Assembly (NCBI GenBank): GCA_951406725.2 | Contig: OX597828.1 | Location: forward strand, 12,028,001-12,092,000 | Length of the DNA stretch: 64,000 nt | Reading direction: 5' to 3' | DNA from: Octopus vulgaris | Lineage: Eukaryota | Shown here: one piece after another, positions 14,265-28,929 of the stretch | Position numbering within the stretch: position 1 is the first letter of the stretch | Layout of the letters: the number at the start of each line of letters is the position of its first letter | Notes under the pieces: model-generated | Told to the model about the DNA's origin: nothing | Databases searched by the model: none | Seen by the model: the letters and a program-made list of their open reading frames with translations, nothing else | Translations under genes and position numbers: made by a program

Positions 14265-14530
14265 TTGATAGAAATGGTAAGACAGCAAAAGAATGAAATA
14301 GACGCCGATACTATGTAAATAGAGGATTTTATCTGTAAATATATGTGACAATTATTCGGTAGCCATGATAAAACTCCGAGTTTCGGATGTCGGAGCGGAA
14401 ACCCACGCCGCCATTTTTTTCGATGGCCGGATAACTGAAGAGATGGCGGCATGGGTTTCCGTCCCGACTGCCGAAACTCGGAGTTTTAGCATGGCTACAG
14501 AATAACTGCCACATATTATATTTACAGATA
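14265..14530. mobile_element. Fold-back insert between (TA)n tracts
   Basis: Imperfect inverted arms ~14330-14414 and ~14442-14530. Confidence 0.75.
14424..14497 (+). ncRNA. Putative type I hammerhead ribozyme
   Basis: tggccggataa-CTGAAGA-gat-ggcgg...ctgcc-GAAA-ctc(g)ga-GTT-ttagcatggcta. Stems I, II and III can all be drawn. Confidence 0.7.
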
Positions 14531-15488
14531 TATATATATATATATATATATATACGACAGGCTTCCACACAGTTTTCGGCTACCCACTTCCCACACTCGC
14601 ATAACACACACCTATATTTATATATGTAGATAGATATGTATTTATATAAGTCTTCAACACAGTTTCCCCTCTACCCAATTCATTCACAGGACTTTATCAA
14701 AAGATAATTGATTGAACACAAATGCACGAGGTTGCATATCGAAAACTGTTAACCACACAGCCATAACTGCGCCTACTTTATGTGAAAATTTTACAAATCA
14801 AAATCAACAACGTGACCTTTCTACTCTCTCCCTCAAAACATCTCTCTCGTTTAGGAAAGAGAAACTACACTAGATAATACAAATACGATAGAATCTTGCA
14901 TATATAAAGCACCAATAAAATTATATTTTGGCTACATTGAAGTACTTTGCCTTCAATGATATTCCTTCCATTGGAAAATGTTATTCTGAATGGACGCTGC
15001 CTGAAAAAAAAAAAGACTCAATTACCGCATTTTAAACCCCTTTGGATGTAGTATTTCTAGATCAAGGGTACCCTTGTGTTGAAGTACTATACAAGTTACA
15101 AAAACATCAACAAAACCGTATAATTGTATTTCGAATGTTTTTCACAACTCAGAGCCACCTTTGGTTGCACGGAAACTATTATATGTCTTTTAATTATAAT
15201 AATAACGATTTGCAGCTTTGGCACAAGCACAGAAATTCTAAAAGAGGGATCAATTCAATCAATGAAATCGATCCTGCTACTTGACTGATACTTATTTTAT
15301 CGAGTCTCAAAGAATAAAAAGCAAAGTTGACCCCAACAGCACCGAGGTCAGAACATAAAGTGACGCAACACAATACTACAAAACACATTTTGTCCAGTAA
15401 TCTATCGATTCAACTATTCATTTCTCCTTCAATATTTTTTGGAAATAATAGCCACCGATATTCGTCTAGATTTTCAATATGCTTTAAT

Positions 15489-16050
<562 letters not shown>

Positions 16051-16914
16051 TTTTCCATTTATAATTTGTTTTTGCAGTCATGTCTTTCTTTTAACCTGCC
16101 GACATAATATTTTCTAAGCATCTTTTCTTTTTAATAATTACAGTGAATTTAACTTTTTCATAAGATACAAAAAAATGGTTGTGTATGTAGGAAGATTCTA
16201 ACTTTTCGATTGATTCGATACAAACGATTACTAGTGCTTTTCAGTTTCTCTTGATGTCGATAGAATAGAATGCAAAAAAGGCATTCATCGAAATATTTGA
16301 GCTGAAAACATCTCGGTAAGTGAGACCAATCGTTGTAATTTTTATACTCGACGCTTCTTGCTTCCGCTAATTATACTACCCTTTCTCTAAATAATCCTGT
16401 TCACTAATTAATCCTAAAACAAAACAATTTATCCTTTATAGAGGATCAGGACTCTCCAAACCCCAATTGCCTCGTACTCTGTACATTTGTCATCCCCTAC
16501 TGTATTCTCCGAGTATGATTAACAACGTGTGTTGGGTAAATTTAAGTGATACTTGTCTAACAATTGAAAATACCTGAGATAGTTTACTACACATTAATGC
16601 CTCGCTTTTCCATCATTCAATCGAATCGGAGAAACTGGAACTGACACGACGATAGTGAATGCTAAAAAACACTGCTCTATTGGGAATAGCGAGAATTTTG
16701 AGATTGGTATTTGGGTGTTAAGTATCTTCCACAAAGACTTAATGTCTTGGAACTAAGTCATATAATTCGTGGAAAGAGACTCTGCTAAACTCTGAGACCC
16801 TGTGAAACCTTTGACAACAGGTTGCTATCCGCTGTCGCCATAATTATCCGGAGCAGGAAAGATCGGGAACTCTGAGAAGTAAAAGATGATGATGATGATG
16901 ATGATGGTGATGAG

Positions 16915-18000
16915 TTTTGCTACTAAGGTCCTTTTTACGTATATAGCAAACTTATACAGCGAGGGTTATAAAAACATATTAGGATGAGCAATACAAATTT
17001 ATATATAAAAAAACACGAAAGGGGCAAAAAACGCTATCCCATTTATATATGACACGCTTAAAAGAAAAGTAAAATTTTCACTAACTACGTAGCATAAATA
17101 AAAGTAATGTTTTAAGACACACTAAACCAAAGCCAAAATTGATAAACAATTTCCCCACATACTCACAGAGGAAGCCTCCCTACACCGTCTTGTTGGGTCT
17201 TAGCGCCTCACCTCTCTGCCCCACCATCACTCAATGTAATGTGCATTAGTTAACATTCTTTGTACTGATAAGATGAGAATAATCACGTCCTCGGGGTATA
17301 ACCGTTTCAGGATGTCATATATATGTATTGCATATTCACTCCTAATATATTCTTCGTGTATGGTTTTGGAAAGTCACCAATTACATCCCGCCCAGCGAGG
17401 GTCTCCAATTACTTGTTATGGAGAAGCAAGTCAGCTTTCTCAGTGCAGCCTTGTTTTCTATTATACGTTTGTAAAACCTATGATATTGTATTGTGAGGGC
17501 ACTCCTCTTCAAACTTTCTATTTGCATCTTGTAAAAGGTCGCTTGTATGACAGGGAGCATTTTTCCTTTTTTTTTGTTTTTGCTTGGAAATCTTGATCAG
17601 TTCTTATAAGTACCTTCCTATGGTGTGGTGGTACAAGTTATGATAGGAAGGTTAGGTGTCCGCCCGAGCAAAAAGTGACTTCCAGCACAGTTTTCAAAAC
17701 CGAGGTTTGTGGTACTTTACAATCTGGGAACTAGTGCTACAGTTGCAGCTTCTAGTACTTCAGCTTCTATAGGTCTTCGGAACAGAAAACCCCCGATAGC
17801 TCTTGCTTTTACATCTGTGGAAGTTTGCTATTTGTTCTGCAATTTGAGTTTAGCGCCTTTTGTTCCTACAACAGCAACGGAAAACAGCTCAGGTATGACT
17901 ATCGCATTTGGGAGTAATTAGGACTTGCGAGTTTATGCTAACTCTTATTGGCACTAAATAACTCGCTTCACCTTCACACAAAATGCCACTCATATTGTAA
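16915..18000 (-). mobile_element. Degenerate L1/Tx1-like ORF1-related remnant
   Basis: Minus strand IYDILKRLYPEDV (17284-17322) resembles the ORF1 C-terminus TYDEIKQIFPNDV of the intact LINE. A Lys-rich patch lies upstream and the remnant ends at an (ATC)n tract. Confidence 0.45.
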
Positions 18001-18874
18001 TATAAAGATGATAATGAGGCAAGTGTAAAGGGACATTTCCAAACTCCTGTTCGTAATCTTTGTGTTTTGCTATTTTAAGTAAATTGGTGGGTATGTCCCT
18101 CAAAGTCTCGGCCGCTTGCTTCTTTCTGCGTCGGTTCTAAATAATGACAGACACTGCGGTGCTCGATAGAAAGATATGGATTCATATAAATGCTCTTTCG
18201 GTAGCATTTGAAAGTGCTCTCTACTTTTAAGAGACAGAAGTAAAATTATTTCTTTAATTCCTCCTCGTCAGGTAGAGAAGCATCAACATTCGTGGCGTAC
18301 TTCCATTTTTTCTCAGAGAAAAGGATCGTATTTCGAAAATCTCTAGAGAATGCTCGCAACGCTGGCGAGGCTTTCAGTGGAATGCAAATAGTAGAAAGGT
18401 TTTTATTTAATAAAGAGTATATTATGGAGTCAGTGTCATTGTATTTGTTAATATTACTACATCAGGATAAGGCAGCGAACTGGCAGAATGGTTAGAACGT
18501 CGAGCGAAATACTTAGCAATATTCCGTCTGTTTTTATGTTCCGAATGCAAATTCTGTCGACTTCGCCTTTCATTTTTTTCGGGGTGGATAAGATGAGTAC
18601 CAGCTGAGCACTGGAGTCGAAGTAATTGACTTAACCCTTTCTCCCGATCTTGCTGTGTTTTATGAGAAAATTTGAAACCAATATTACTACATAAGGACTT
18701 CAGGTCAGCATGTTTGGTTCTTGAATTATTTCGTTTCTTATGTTCAAGATTAGTCACGATGCTCCTCTTGTTTTATTTACTGATTGTGAACTGTGCTACA
18801 TTTTTTCATGCTAGGAGTTGCTGCAGCATGGAACTAAATGCCGGTATCAGTTGTTAGTTGTCGGGGCACTGCAT

Positions 18875-19059
18875 CCTTCAAAACCTCCATGCTTCCTGAG
18901 ATTCGCCAACACTACACCTGATTTTCTCCCCGCCATACACACGCAAGCATGTATCTGACTCATACACTGTTCACTTCCCAGACATATGTACATTATTGCA
19001 TATGCTTTATACGCACTTTTGACAAGTTGTAGTGCACCTGAGCACTGTATACAATAATT

Positions 19060-19061
<2 letters not shown>
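18875..19061 (+). mobile_element. Probable 3' end of a LINE terminating in (TTA)n
   Basis: Short non-repetitive segment with a terminal reading frame (FKTSMLPEIRQHYT*) followed by a UTR and (TTA)n. Clade not determinable. Confidence 0.35.
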
Positions 19062-19145
<84 letters not shown>

Positions 19146-19429
19146 TATTTCCAAATCTTTCTGAGAACGTGCTTCTGTGAAAGATGTCAAATTAACATCA
19201 TTGAAAACGCAGACAATAATAATATTATGTCTAATAAAATATACCTATCTCTGTTCTGTCAATAACAGCATTGGTAGAGTCTAGATGCCAGGATTAATAT
19301 TCTAGTTGCAAATAAGCCAGTGAAGAAATTATTTTCTGCTCACTTTTTCATTCGTAAAAATCACAACACTTCTGGAGCAAGCAGAGGTAGATCTACGCAC
19401 TTCAAAATACTGAAAGTGGAAATTGCTGC

Positions 19430-20060
19430 CTGTGGCTGAGAGATGGAAACCTGAAATGAGAAAATGAATCGCTAATCAAAGCCGCTCAGGAACAAAATTT
19501 TCGAAAAAACTTGACAAAGGGTTTAATAGACAAATATCAAACAGCAAAAGCAAAATGTGTGAAAAAGGAACAAAAGTATTGACCATCAACTGGAAGAGTT
19601 TAGTGAGCTAGCACAGATTATATGCACAAGCATGACTGTCATGGTAAAAGAGTGCTTCAGGGTGTTAAATGACGGAAAAGCGGTATGAACAGGCTGTTAT
19701 GGTGATTGATAAATACAGAATTCTATGGAATTCATTCATAGAAACTGATGATACTACTGAAGTAAGAAAACCAGGTATAATCGTGGCGATGACAGGTATA
19801 AGATCATAAATGGGTGAATGTCAAAAGTAGGAGAAACCTCATTGTTACCTTTATCTTCCACAATCTTTAAACCTCTCTGCCAAAGACTTGATATTTCAAG
19901 TTTTACCCAAAGCGGTGTAGTGATTGTGAAAGACAAAGATAACAATGGTTCCAATGATCATTGCGTTCTCGATACAACACCTAAACCATCACTTAAGAGA
20001 CTGAAATATACTAGAATTGTGATACATATAGTAGATCTGTAGAAAAACATTTGTGTATTT
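19430..20060 (+). pseudogene. Old R4/Dong-like retrotransposon C-terminal remnant
   Basis: LWLRDGNLK*ENESLIKAAQEQ and KYRILWN..IETD......KPGIIV align with WLRSSGLKAETEGFLIAAQDQ and ATILWDMPIHTD....NRPDIVV of the copy at 49590-50962. Confidence 0.75.
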
Positions 20061-20157
20061 ATCATGTACCCCGTAAGAAACATAAGAGAGATCTCTGTGA
20101 TTGAAGAATTGTTGTTACCAATTTAATCGATATCGTAGATAAATTAAAGTACTTTTC

Positions 20158-20910
20158 TACTCTAGGCACAAAGTCCGAAATTTTGGAGCGGGGAGCTAGT
20201 CGATTAGATCGACCCCAGTACGCAGCTGGTATTTAATTTATCGACGCCGAAAGGATAAAAGGCAAAGTCGACCTCGACGGAATTTGAACTCAGAACATAA
20301 TGACAGACGAAATACTGCTAAGCATTTTGCCCGATGTGCTAACGGTTCTGCCAGCTCAACGACCTAAAATATCCGGTAACCATTAATAATGAAGGAACAC
20401 GAACCTAATTTACAGGAGTAGATAAAATAAAGTACTAGTCAGCTACAAGCGTTCCCACAAATATCATTTACTTCGTGGCTAAATCAGTATAAAAATTGGG
20501 GAGTTGGCAGGATCGCCAGAGCTTTATACAAAACTATTTAGCAATATTTTCTTTGCCTCTTTATGTGCTGAGTTCAATTACCACCAAGGTCGACGACAAT
20601 AAAATAAAATACAAGATGAACACTGTGTAAGCCGATTACTTTGACTTACATTCACACCTAAAACTGCTGGCTTATCGCAAAGATTTGATGCAATTAATAC
20701 TATTATTTAGCAGAATCGTTACCACGCCGGGCGCAATGCTTAGCAGAATTTCGTTCGTCTTTACGTTCAGAGTTCAAGTTCCGCCGAGGTCGACTTTGCC
20801 TTTCATCGTTTCAGCGTCGATTAAACAAGTACCAGTTGAGAAATGGGGTAGATGTAATCGACTCTTTCTCTCCCCATAAAATTTCAGGCCTTATGCCTTT
20901 AGTACAAAGG

Positions 20911-21000
<90 letters not shown>

Positions 21001-21430
21001 TCTTAAGGAAGCGAGCTGACAGAATCGTTAGCACATCGGGCGAAATACCTAGCGGTATTTACGTCCGGCTTTACGTTCTGCGTTCAAGTTCCGGCGTGGT
21101 CAACTTTGCCTTTCATCTTCTCGGGGTCGATGAAATAATTCCAGTTATACATTGAGATCAATGTAATCGACTAACCCTCACCTTCAAAATTTCAGGTCCT
21201 GTGCACATGTTACTATTATTATTATTATTACTAAGGCGGCGAGATGGCAGAATCGTTAGCACACTGGGCAAGATGCCTTCTTTACATTCTGAGTTCAAAT
21301 TCCGCCGAGGTCGATATTGCATTTCATCCTCTCGGGGTCGATAAATTAAGTACCATTTGAGCACTGGGGTCGATGAAGTCACTTGCCCCTTCCTCGAAAT
21401 TAATGGCCTTGTGCCATAAATTGAAACCAT
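20158..21430. mobile_element. Cluster of SINE family B copies (short ...ggccttgtgcc tail) separated by (TTA)n
   Basis: Copies at ~20158-20360(-), 20710-20912(+), 21005-21210(+) and 21234-21430(+). Confidence 0.8.
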
Positions 21431-21520
21431 TATTGCTGTTGCTGTAGTTGTTGTTGCTGTTGTTGTTGCTAACGCTGCTCTTGTTGATGTTCTTGTTTGG
21501 ATACTTTAATGAGCCTCAGT

Positions 21521-21555
21521 GGTTTCCAGTGTATAAACAAATTCAAAGTAGTAAT

Positions 21556-21618
<63 letters not shown>

Positions 21619-21975
21619 TGATTTTCATTTTGAGTAAGATAAGGCATATTATATGTTATGAGAGGATTGGAGATTTATTCTTGGTTCGGAGAAAAACTTT
21701 GATATCACGATATGAGATTTTGAATAAAAGTGATTCTCATGTGTAACATATAATAATAATGACTCTCGTATCCATTTATCGAATATAATGCCAAACATTC
21801 TCTATACTGTGTTGAATATCGACTCTGCACAAGAAATTGAATAACTGACAAGAATTATATCATTCATTTATTCAATTAACCTATCACCTCCTGTCGTCAA
21901 ATCTAACGATTAACTCAATCGCATTCGTTAAATGAATTTTCATTATCGTTGCAAACATTACGGCTTCTAGCTCGT
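21521..21975 (+). repeat. Local duplication, copy 2
   Basis: See 15489-16050. Confidence 0.9.
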
Positions 21976-22125
21976 TTGTGTTTGTTTGCTTGCCTTTTTT
22001 TTTTCAATCTGAAATCTCTTTCTATAACATGCTGACGTAATGTAATAAATTCTCTGCCCACCTTCCATCTCTCTCTCACTCTATCTCTCTCGCGATGTAC
22101 ATATATGTGTACATATATGTATATG

Positions 22126-22217
<92 letters not shown>

Positions 22218-22337
22218 CGTATATATAAACATATGTATATACACACGCATAAACACATAAACATAAACACATACACACGCGCGCGCGCGCGCACATACGA
22301 GTGAGTAGGGATCAAATGAACAGAATTAGAACTCAAA

Positions 22338-22712
22338 AGCGGCGAGCTGGCAGAAACGTTAGCACACTGGGCGAAATGCTTAGCGTATTTCGTCTGTCTA
22401 TACGTTCCGAGTTCAAATTCTGCCGAGGTCGAATTTGCCTTTCATCCTTTCGGGGTCGATTAAATAAGTACTAGTTACGCACTGAGGTCGATGTAATCGA
22501 CTTAATCCGTTTGTCTGTCCTTGTTTGTCCTCTCTGTGTTTAGCCCCTTGTGGGTAGTAAAGAAAAAAAGGTAATTCGTCTGTCTTTATATTCTGAGTTC
22601 AAATTCTGCCGCGGTCGACTTTGTCTTTGATCCATTCGGGGTCGATAAATTAAGTACTAGTTACGCACTGGGGCCGATATAATCGACTTTATCCGTTTGT
22701 CTGTCCTTCTTT
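22338..22712 (+). mobile_element. Two tandem SINE family B copies with Tx1-like tail
   Basis: Core plus tail occurs twice. The second tail ends agccccttgtgggcaataaagaaa. Confidence 0.88.
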
Positions 22713-24649
22713 GTCCCCTTTGTGTGTAGCCCCTTGTGGGCAATAAAGAAATGAGAATAAGAACTCAATATATAACTGCATTTATTTGGTAAGAGGCTCA
22801 CTTAGTTGCTCCGTAAAATCTTACGTCACGTGGGGATCTAAAACAACCTGTTGTGCAATATATATGTGGTGGGGGTGTAAGAAGTGGAGAATGGAGTAGC
22901 GAGCATTATATAGGTTCCATGGTAGAAACTGGCAATCCGCCGGTTATGACGACTAGCGTTCCAGTTGATCCAATAAACGGAACAATCTGCTGGTGAAATT
23001 AATGTGCAAGTGGCTGAGCACTCCACAGGCATTTGTAATTTTAACGTAGTTCTCAGAGAGATTCGGCATAACATAGAGTATGACATGGTTGCCCGTTTTA
23101 ATTCCAAGTGCGACTTATTTTTGCCAGGTAAATCTGACAAACAAAAACGTTGAAATAACAAAATACATACATATACAGTTGCCGAATTATTAAAAATCAA
23201 TACTGATCTTTAAATTTCAAAGCCAGCAATTTCAAGGTCAGGAGTAAGTAGATTGTATCGACCCAAGTGATCAACTAGTACCTATTCCATCGACCACCAA
23301 AGGCAAAGTCAACCACGTTCTGAGTTCAAATTCTGTCGAGGCCGATTTTGCCTTTCATCTTATCACGTTCTTAGTTCAAGTTCGTTGGAGGTCGACTTTG
23401 CCTTTCATCCTTTTGGAATCGATAAAATAAGTACCAGTTGAACACTGGGGTCAATATCATTGACTTTCCCACTCCCTCGAAATTCCTGATCTTGAGCTAA
23501 AATTTTAAACCAATATGATCGTTATTTTTATTGCTATTTTTACTATTATTATTACAGTTGTTTTTTTATTGGTGTGAGTATTATTATCGCTATCATTGTT
23601 TTAGTTCTTATATATCGGTAGTCCCTGAAGAAACTCCGATGAAACAATAAATTTGGCCTCATGTTTTTGTATAAAACATATACGTACATGTGTGGGGGTT
23701 AGATATATAGATAGAGAAAGAGAGAGCGGGAACGAGAGAGAGATTTTGATATATTTGTATTATTGTAGAAACTACGGAAATATTGAATTTTCGTAAGAAT
23801 ACAATACGTTGGAAGTATTTTGGCCCATAGGATGTTATTTGCGATGAAGAATCATGTTACTCAATGGAATACTGCAATAGCTGAACTCCTATTCCAGAGA
23901 ATTTCGACGTATGCATGGAATCCCTACTAACATGTACATTGCCCTTGATAAAGTAAACCGCAACTACCATTATCATCATCATAATCACTACCATCACCCC
24001 ATTCTCGTCATCATTATCATCGTATATTCACATATACATATACAGATATTCTGTCATTACTCGAAACAGATGTAAGTTCTATCTGTATGGTATTTGAAAT
24101 ACGCTTGTATTATCTGACCATAAATGTGGTCTACGTTTTTTCATATACATCGAAGTGGAAGTGGGAGAATTGCTGCGCTGATGACAGTTATTTGGAAGAA
24201 ACAGGTCTCAGTTGCTGTCCACTTTCCAACAGGAAATGAAACATTTTTTCACGATGGCATGCCAATTATCTCCCCTTTTCATTTGAGGTCGATCCCAATT
24301 GCCAAAAAAAAAAAAAATTGTTCTACTAACCCAGAAAGAGGTGATAAATTCCATGAATCAAAAATTTGTTTGTTATGGCATTTGCTCAAGACCTTTCCCT
24401 GGTGCTTGAACAAATGTGCTATTTCTTTTCGCTCATTTTCTTCTGGGTTTTTTTTTCTGTGTAGAATAAGATAAGTTAAGAAGAGAGGTAGAGGAAAGGG
24501 TGATTACCCAAATAAAAATTGTTTAGATAGTATATTTTTGGCAAATAAAAAAAAGCATTACTCTGAAATGAGAGAATACCATAGTCATATAGAAATTAGG
24601 ATAGGGATCTTGTTTTTATATGGAAGATGGAGAGTAATGAGTATATATG

Positions 24650-25120
24650 CGCAAGTTTGGCTTGGGGGTAGGATAACCACTTCATAACCACAAGATTCCG
24701 GGATCACTCTCAATGCACGGCACCTTGGGCAAATGTCTTCTACTTTAGCCTCGGCCCAACCATAGCCTTGTAAGTGGATTTGGCAGACCGAAGCCGAAAG
24801 ATATATGCATATATACATACACACCCACCCACATACCCTCACACATATTATATTATATATATGTATACATATATATATGTACTTATATATGTATATATCT
24901 CTGTCGGTGTTCCCTTGTGTACATGTGTATCCCCCATCACCGTTTGATAACCGGTGTTGGTATGTTTACGACCCCGTAACTTAGCGGTGTGTGGGAGGGG
25001 TCTGATAGAAAAAGTACCAGACTTCACAAAAAACTAAGTACTGGTGTTTATTCATTCGACTAAAATTCTCCAAGCAGCATCCCCAAAATGGCAGCAGTCA
25101 AATGACTGAAACAAGTAGAA
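24650..25120 (+). mobile_element. Diverged SINE family A copy
   Basis: Similar to 13401-13850. Confidence 0.75.
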
Positions 25121-25519
25121 GACAAAACATGATACACACCAGGAGGAGAGCATACGGCTACAGCTGTAAGTGTTACCAGTGGCTAAGCAGCCTGGAGGAA
25201 ATTAGGGAACGATGAATAAAAGTGAGGCGGAATACATACAGCAGGATGTGAAATTAATATTTTGTCATATACATATTGTTTTAACTTACTGAAGAAAACA
25301 ATGTGGGAGGTGGTAACTAGATAAGGAGGGTGTTGGCTAATAGGTGTACTTGTTGCGAGTGGGCGGGACTTAATGCAAAAAAGAAGCCTTCTTTAGGCCG
25401 GTAGTTAAGGCGGGCTAAGCTCGATGATGAGTCGTTTTCCATTATGTTTAACTGGAATGTAGGGGGGCGCGGCGTTCAGAAATTCACACGTAGATTATTT
25501 AATTGCTCTATTGCCGGTT

Positions 25520-25700
25520 TTCTCTGGGTAAGGTCTCGCTGAAAATATATTTAAAATGTTCGTGGTAGAGGTCATCTAAACGGTGTAATACTTCCCCAGC
25601 GTGTAGTGTGGTTGTTGTGATGTTGCAATAGTTTTAGTGACTTGGTATTGAAATCTGGATCTAGCTGTATTTGTGGTGATTGGATAAAGACAGAAAAAAG
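25520..25700 (-). pseudogene. Possible GIY-YIG endonuclease remnant of a PLE
   Basis: Minus strand LHAGEVLHRLDDLYHEHF resembles YIGET.RRL..R..EH. Highly decayed. Confidence 0.3.
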
Positions 25701-25836
25701 GAATCCGAGATAGAAATGTTTCAAGGTAGCTGGTTAACAAGGAGCATCTGAGAGAAAGATCGCTAAGATTTCTAACTATTCTGAAAGTGGCACAGACAAA
25801 AACTTCCTATTGAATAAAAAGAGTAAATGCAGAGGG

Positions 25837-25881
<45 letters not shown>

Positions 25882-26034
25882 GACGGGATTCTTTCAGTTT
25901 CTGTCTACCAGATCGATTCACACACACACATATATATATATTACTATATATAACCTATATCTATATATATATATTAATACATATATACGTTAATATATAC
26001 ATACACACATACACACACACACACAAACACACAC

Positions 26035-26067
<33 letters not shown>

Positions 26068-26459
26068 TATACATATATAATTAATGGAGGTTTCGAACGT
26101 GACGGAGGTTGCTGACTAGTACCGCTTAGGCATGTGTGTGTCTAAAGCCACTAAAGCACTATATTTAATGACTGACAAAGGGAGGTAAGTCCCTAGTTTG
26201 TTAAGTTTTCGTTTGTACATTTGTATGTTCTTTGATTACCCGCACTTCATATGTGGTTTTCGCTGAACATTGCTAGAGTGGGGAGACTAGGAATTTGGGA
26301 AACTTAATCTTTCACATATGCCTATGTGACCACTCAGTTAAATCTGTCTGTGCTGGGTGTCGTATTTGTTGTCGGTGAACGGTCAGTCTATTACTTAGAG
26401 TAAGCTCTGTTTGACCTATGTAATCATCATCATATCCTCGATATTTGATATTCTTTTAT

Positions 26460-26634
26460 TCTTTCTTTTATTTGTTTCAGTTATTTGACTGCGGCCATGC
26501 TGGAGCACCGCCATTAGTCGAAAAATAAACCCCAGGACATATTCTATCATTCCCTTTTGATGAACCGCTATATGACGGGGACATAAACACACCAGCATCG
26601 GTTGTCAAACGATGGGGCGGGACAAACACTCACG

Positions 26635-26670
<36 letters not shown>

Positions 26671-26825
26671 CGACGGGCTTCTTTCAGTTTCCATCTACTA
26701 ACAAAGTTTTCGTCAGTCCGTGGCTATAGTAGAAGACACTTGCCCAACGTGTCACGCAGTGGGACTGCACCCGGAACCATGTGGTTGGAAAACATGCTAC
26801 TTACCACAGAACCGCTACTGCGCCT
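26460..26825 (-). mobile_element. SINE family A copy
   Basis: Similar to the reverse complement of 13401-13850. Confidence 0.8.
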
Positions 26826-26843
26826 AGCGTATATTAAATTATT

Positions 26844-27800
26844 TTAAGAATATGTAAAGTGATTTTTTACGATAAACGTCTGTCCTGATTTGAATTTGTA
26901 TGTTGTGTGTTCAGTAAGGTTGATGCAGGTCCCGTAATTAGGACGGCCACCTTTTGTGACTGTTAGTGTAGGAATCGTGGAAAGTAATTTAACATTTGTG
27001 AAGAATACGGGGGGGGGGGGAATTTGATTTTTACTTTTTATTATTTTGTGTATTTCGAATGCTTGTGCCATTCTTGGATCTTGTTTTAGTAGGGGGATGT
27101 TCTGGTGGATAATGTTGTAAAACTCTGTATTTCTTGTGTTGTGTGTTATAATAAAGGGTAGATTAATGGATGTTTTTCGTTTTCCGCAGTTCTTCGACAT
27201 ATATTACTGTGGCAAGTTCTATTCCGCTGTCTATTAGCATTAATGGATATTGTTTTTTAAGTACTACTGGTTTTAGTTCCTGTGGTCTTTTCTTGCGAGT
27301 TCCAGAGTTTGAGACAACTGTGCAGATTCTTCTTGCTAGATTAAAGGGGATATAATGCTTAGTTTGCTTGGGATGGCATGAAGTGAGTAGTAAATATTGT
27401 TGAGAATCTGCTTGTTTGTTTCAATGATTTTATACCTTTTGATGATTAGTACATCCAGGAATGGTAGTTAAGTTTTACTGTATTCCATGTTAAAGTTGAT
27501 AATATTGCTTATGCTGTTGATTAGATTTTTGAAATCTATAAGTTGTGCAAATTTGTACGGCCAAAGTATCAGGCAGTCAGCTAAATAACGTTTCCAGATT
27601 TCTAGTATATATTCAAGCCATATTTTAATTTAGATTATTCATATATCGGAACCTCCATGTATGCCATGACTAGATTGGCGTGAGTCGGAGCAACTTTTGT
27701 TCCCATCGCCGTCCCAGATGTTTGGTTGTAAATATTGCCATCGAAGTCAAAAAAGTTGTTTCCGAGGATAAACTTTAATCTTTCAGTGAATTTCATGCCT
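26844..27800 (-). pseudogene. Penelope-like element RT/thumb/linker remnant
   Basis: LKFILGNNFFDFDGNIYNQTSGTAMGTKVAPTHANLVMAY, WKRYLADC, LPFLDVL, SCHPKQTK..IPFNLARRICTVVS, LPFIITHN. Multiple frameshifts. Confidence 0.9.
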
Positions 27801-28888
27801 TTCTTATGACTAAAGATGTTCACTCAGCCGTGTCAGCCTTCTCTTTAGGCGCAAAATATACTGTCACGTGACACTAACGCACAGACGTAGCAGGAAATTA
27901 CAAAATGTCATATACTTAACCATATGTTCATTCTCTACAAAATCTTGACAGAAAACATTCAGAGCGTTGGTTGTTTGAACATGTTCAGTTAACTGTACCA
28001 GACTTAACTTACGACGCCAAATACTGTCACTTGATTCTAACACAGGGACGCAGCAGGGAACCTAAACCAATTTTTATTACAAGTCATGTGAAATCTACCA
28101 AATTTCTACCAATGAAATCCTATTCAAAACATATCGTAATTTGAGCCATAAACTCCCTATAAAGACAGGGCAAACACTAGTCAGAAGCAAGACAGCTGTG
28201 GAAGAAGCAAAGTCTTTCCATTCTCAGTACATTTTCAACTTCTATTTTTTCGTAAATATATAAATGTGCGCGTGTGTGTATATGGGTGTGTCTATATGTA
28301 TATATATCTGTATGTAGGTTTAAATTCATAATTTATTTATATATGTGTGTATATGGATGTGCGTATGTATATGTATATATACGTATATATATGTTTACGT
28401 ATATAGCTATATGTATTATCATTATTTACTAAATTAATGCGGTGAAATGGCAGAGTCGTTAGCACGCCGGGCGAAATGCTTATCAGCTTTTCGTCTGCGG
28501 TTAAATTCTGAGTTCAAATTCCGTCGAGGTCAACGCTGCCTTCCATATTTCAGGGTAGATAAAGTACCAGTGTAGTACTGGTGTTGATGTGATCGACTTC
28601 AAAATGTCAAGCTTTGTGCCTACAGAAGAAATGATTATTTAGTTACTTCATTAGTGACGATATATTAATCCACTAGAAAATTTTTAGTAGGTTAACATAT
28701 ACCAATCTTTATTTAAATTGCATTACAATATAATTCAATAATAACTATAATTATTTCAATTAAATAGCCAATAAATTTAAATTTGAAGTAATAATAACTA
28801 TATAAATATATACTTATTTATTTACTATTAATTTTTATAGACTTATTTTTAAATATATTTATGTGAATACATATAGGGAAGTATGTAG

Positions 28889-28929
<41 letters not shown>

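Noticed and set aside
24171-24215. CTGATGA...GAAAcagGTC hammerhead-like string
   Set aside because: Stem II cannot pair and stem I is poor, so probably chance.
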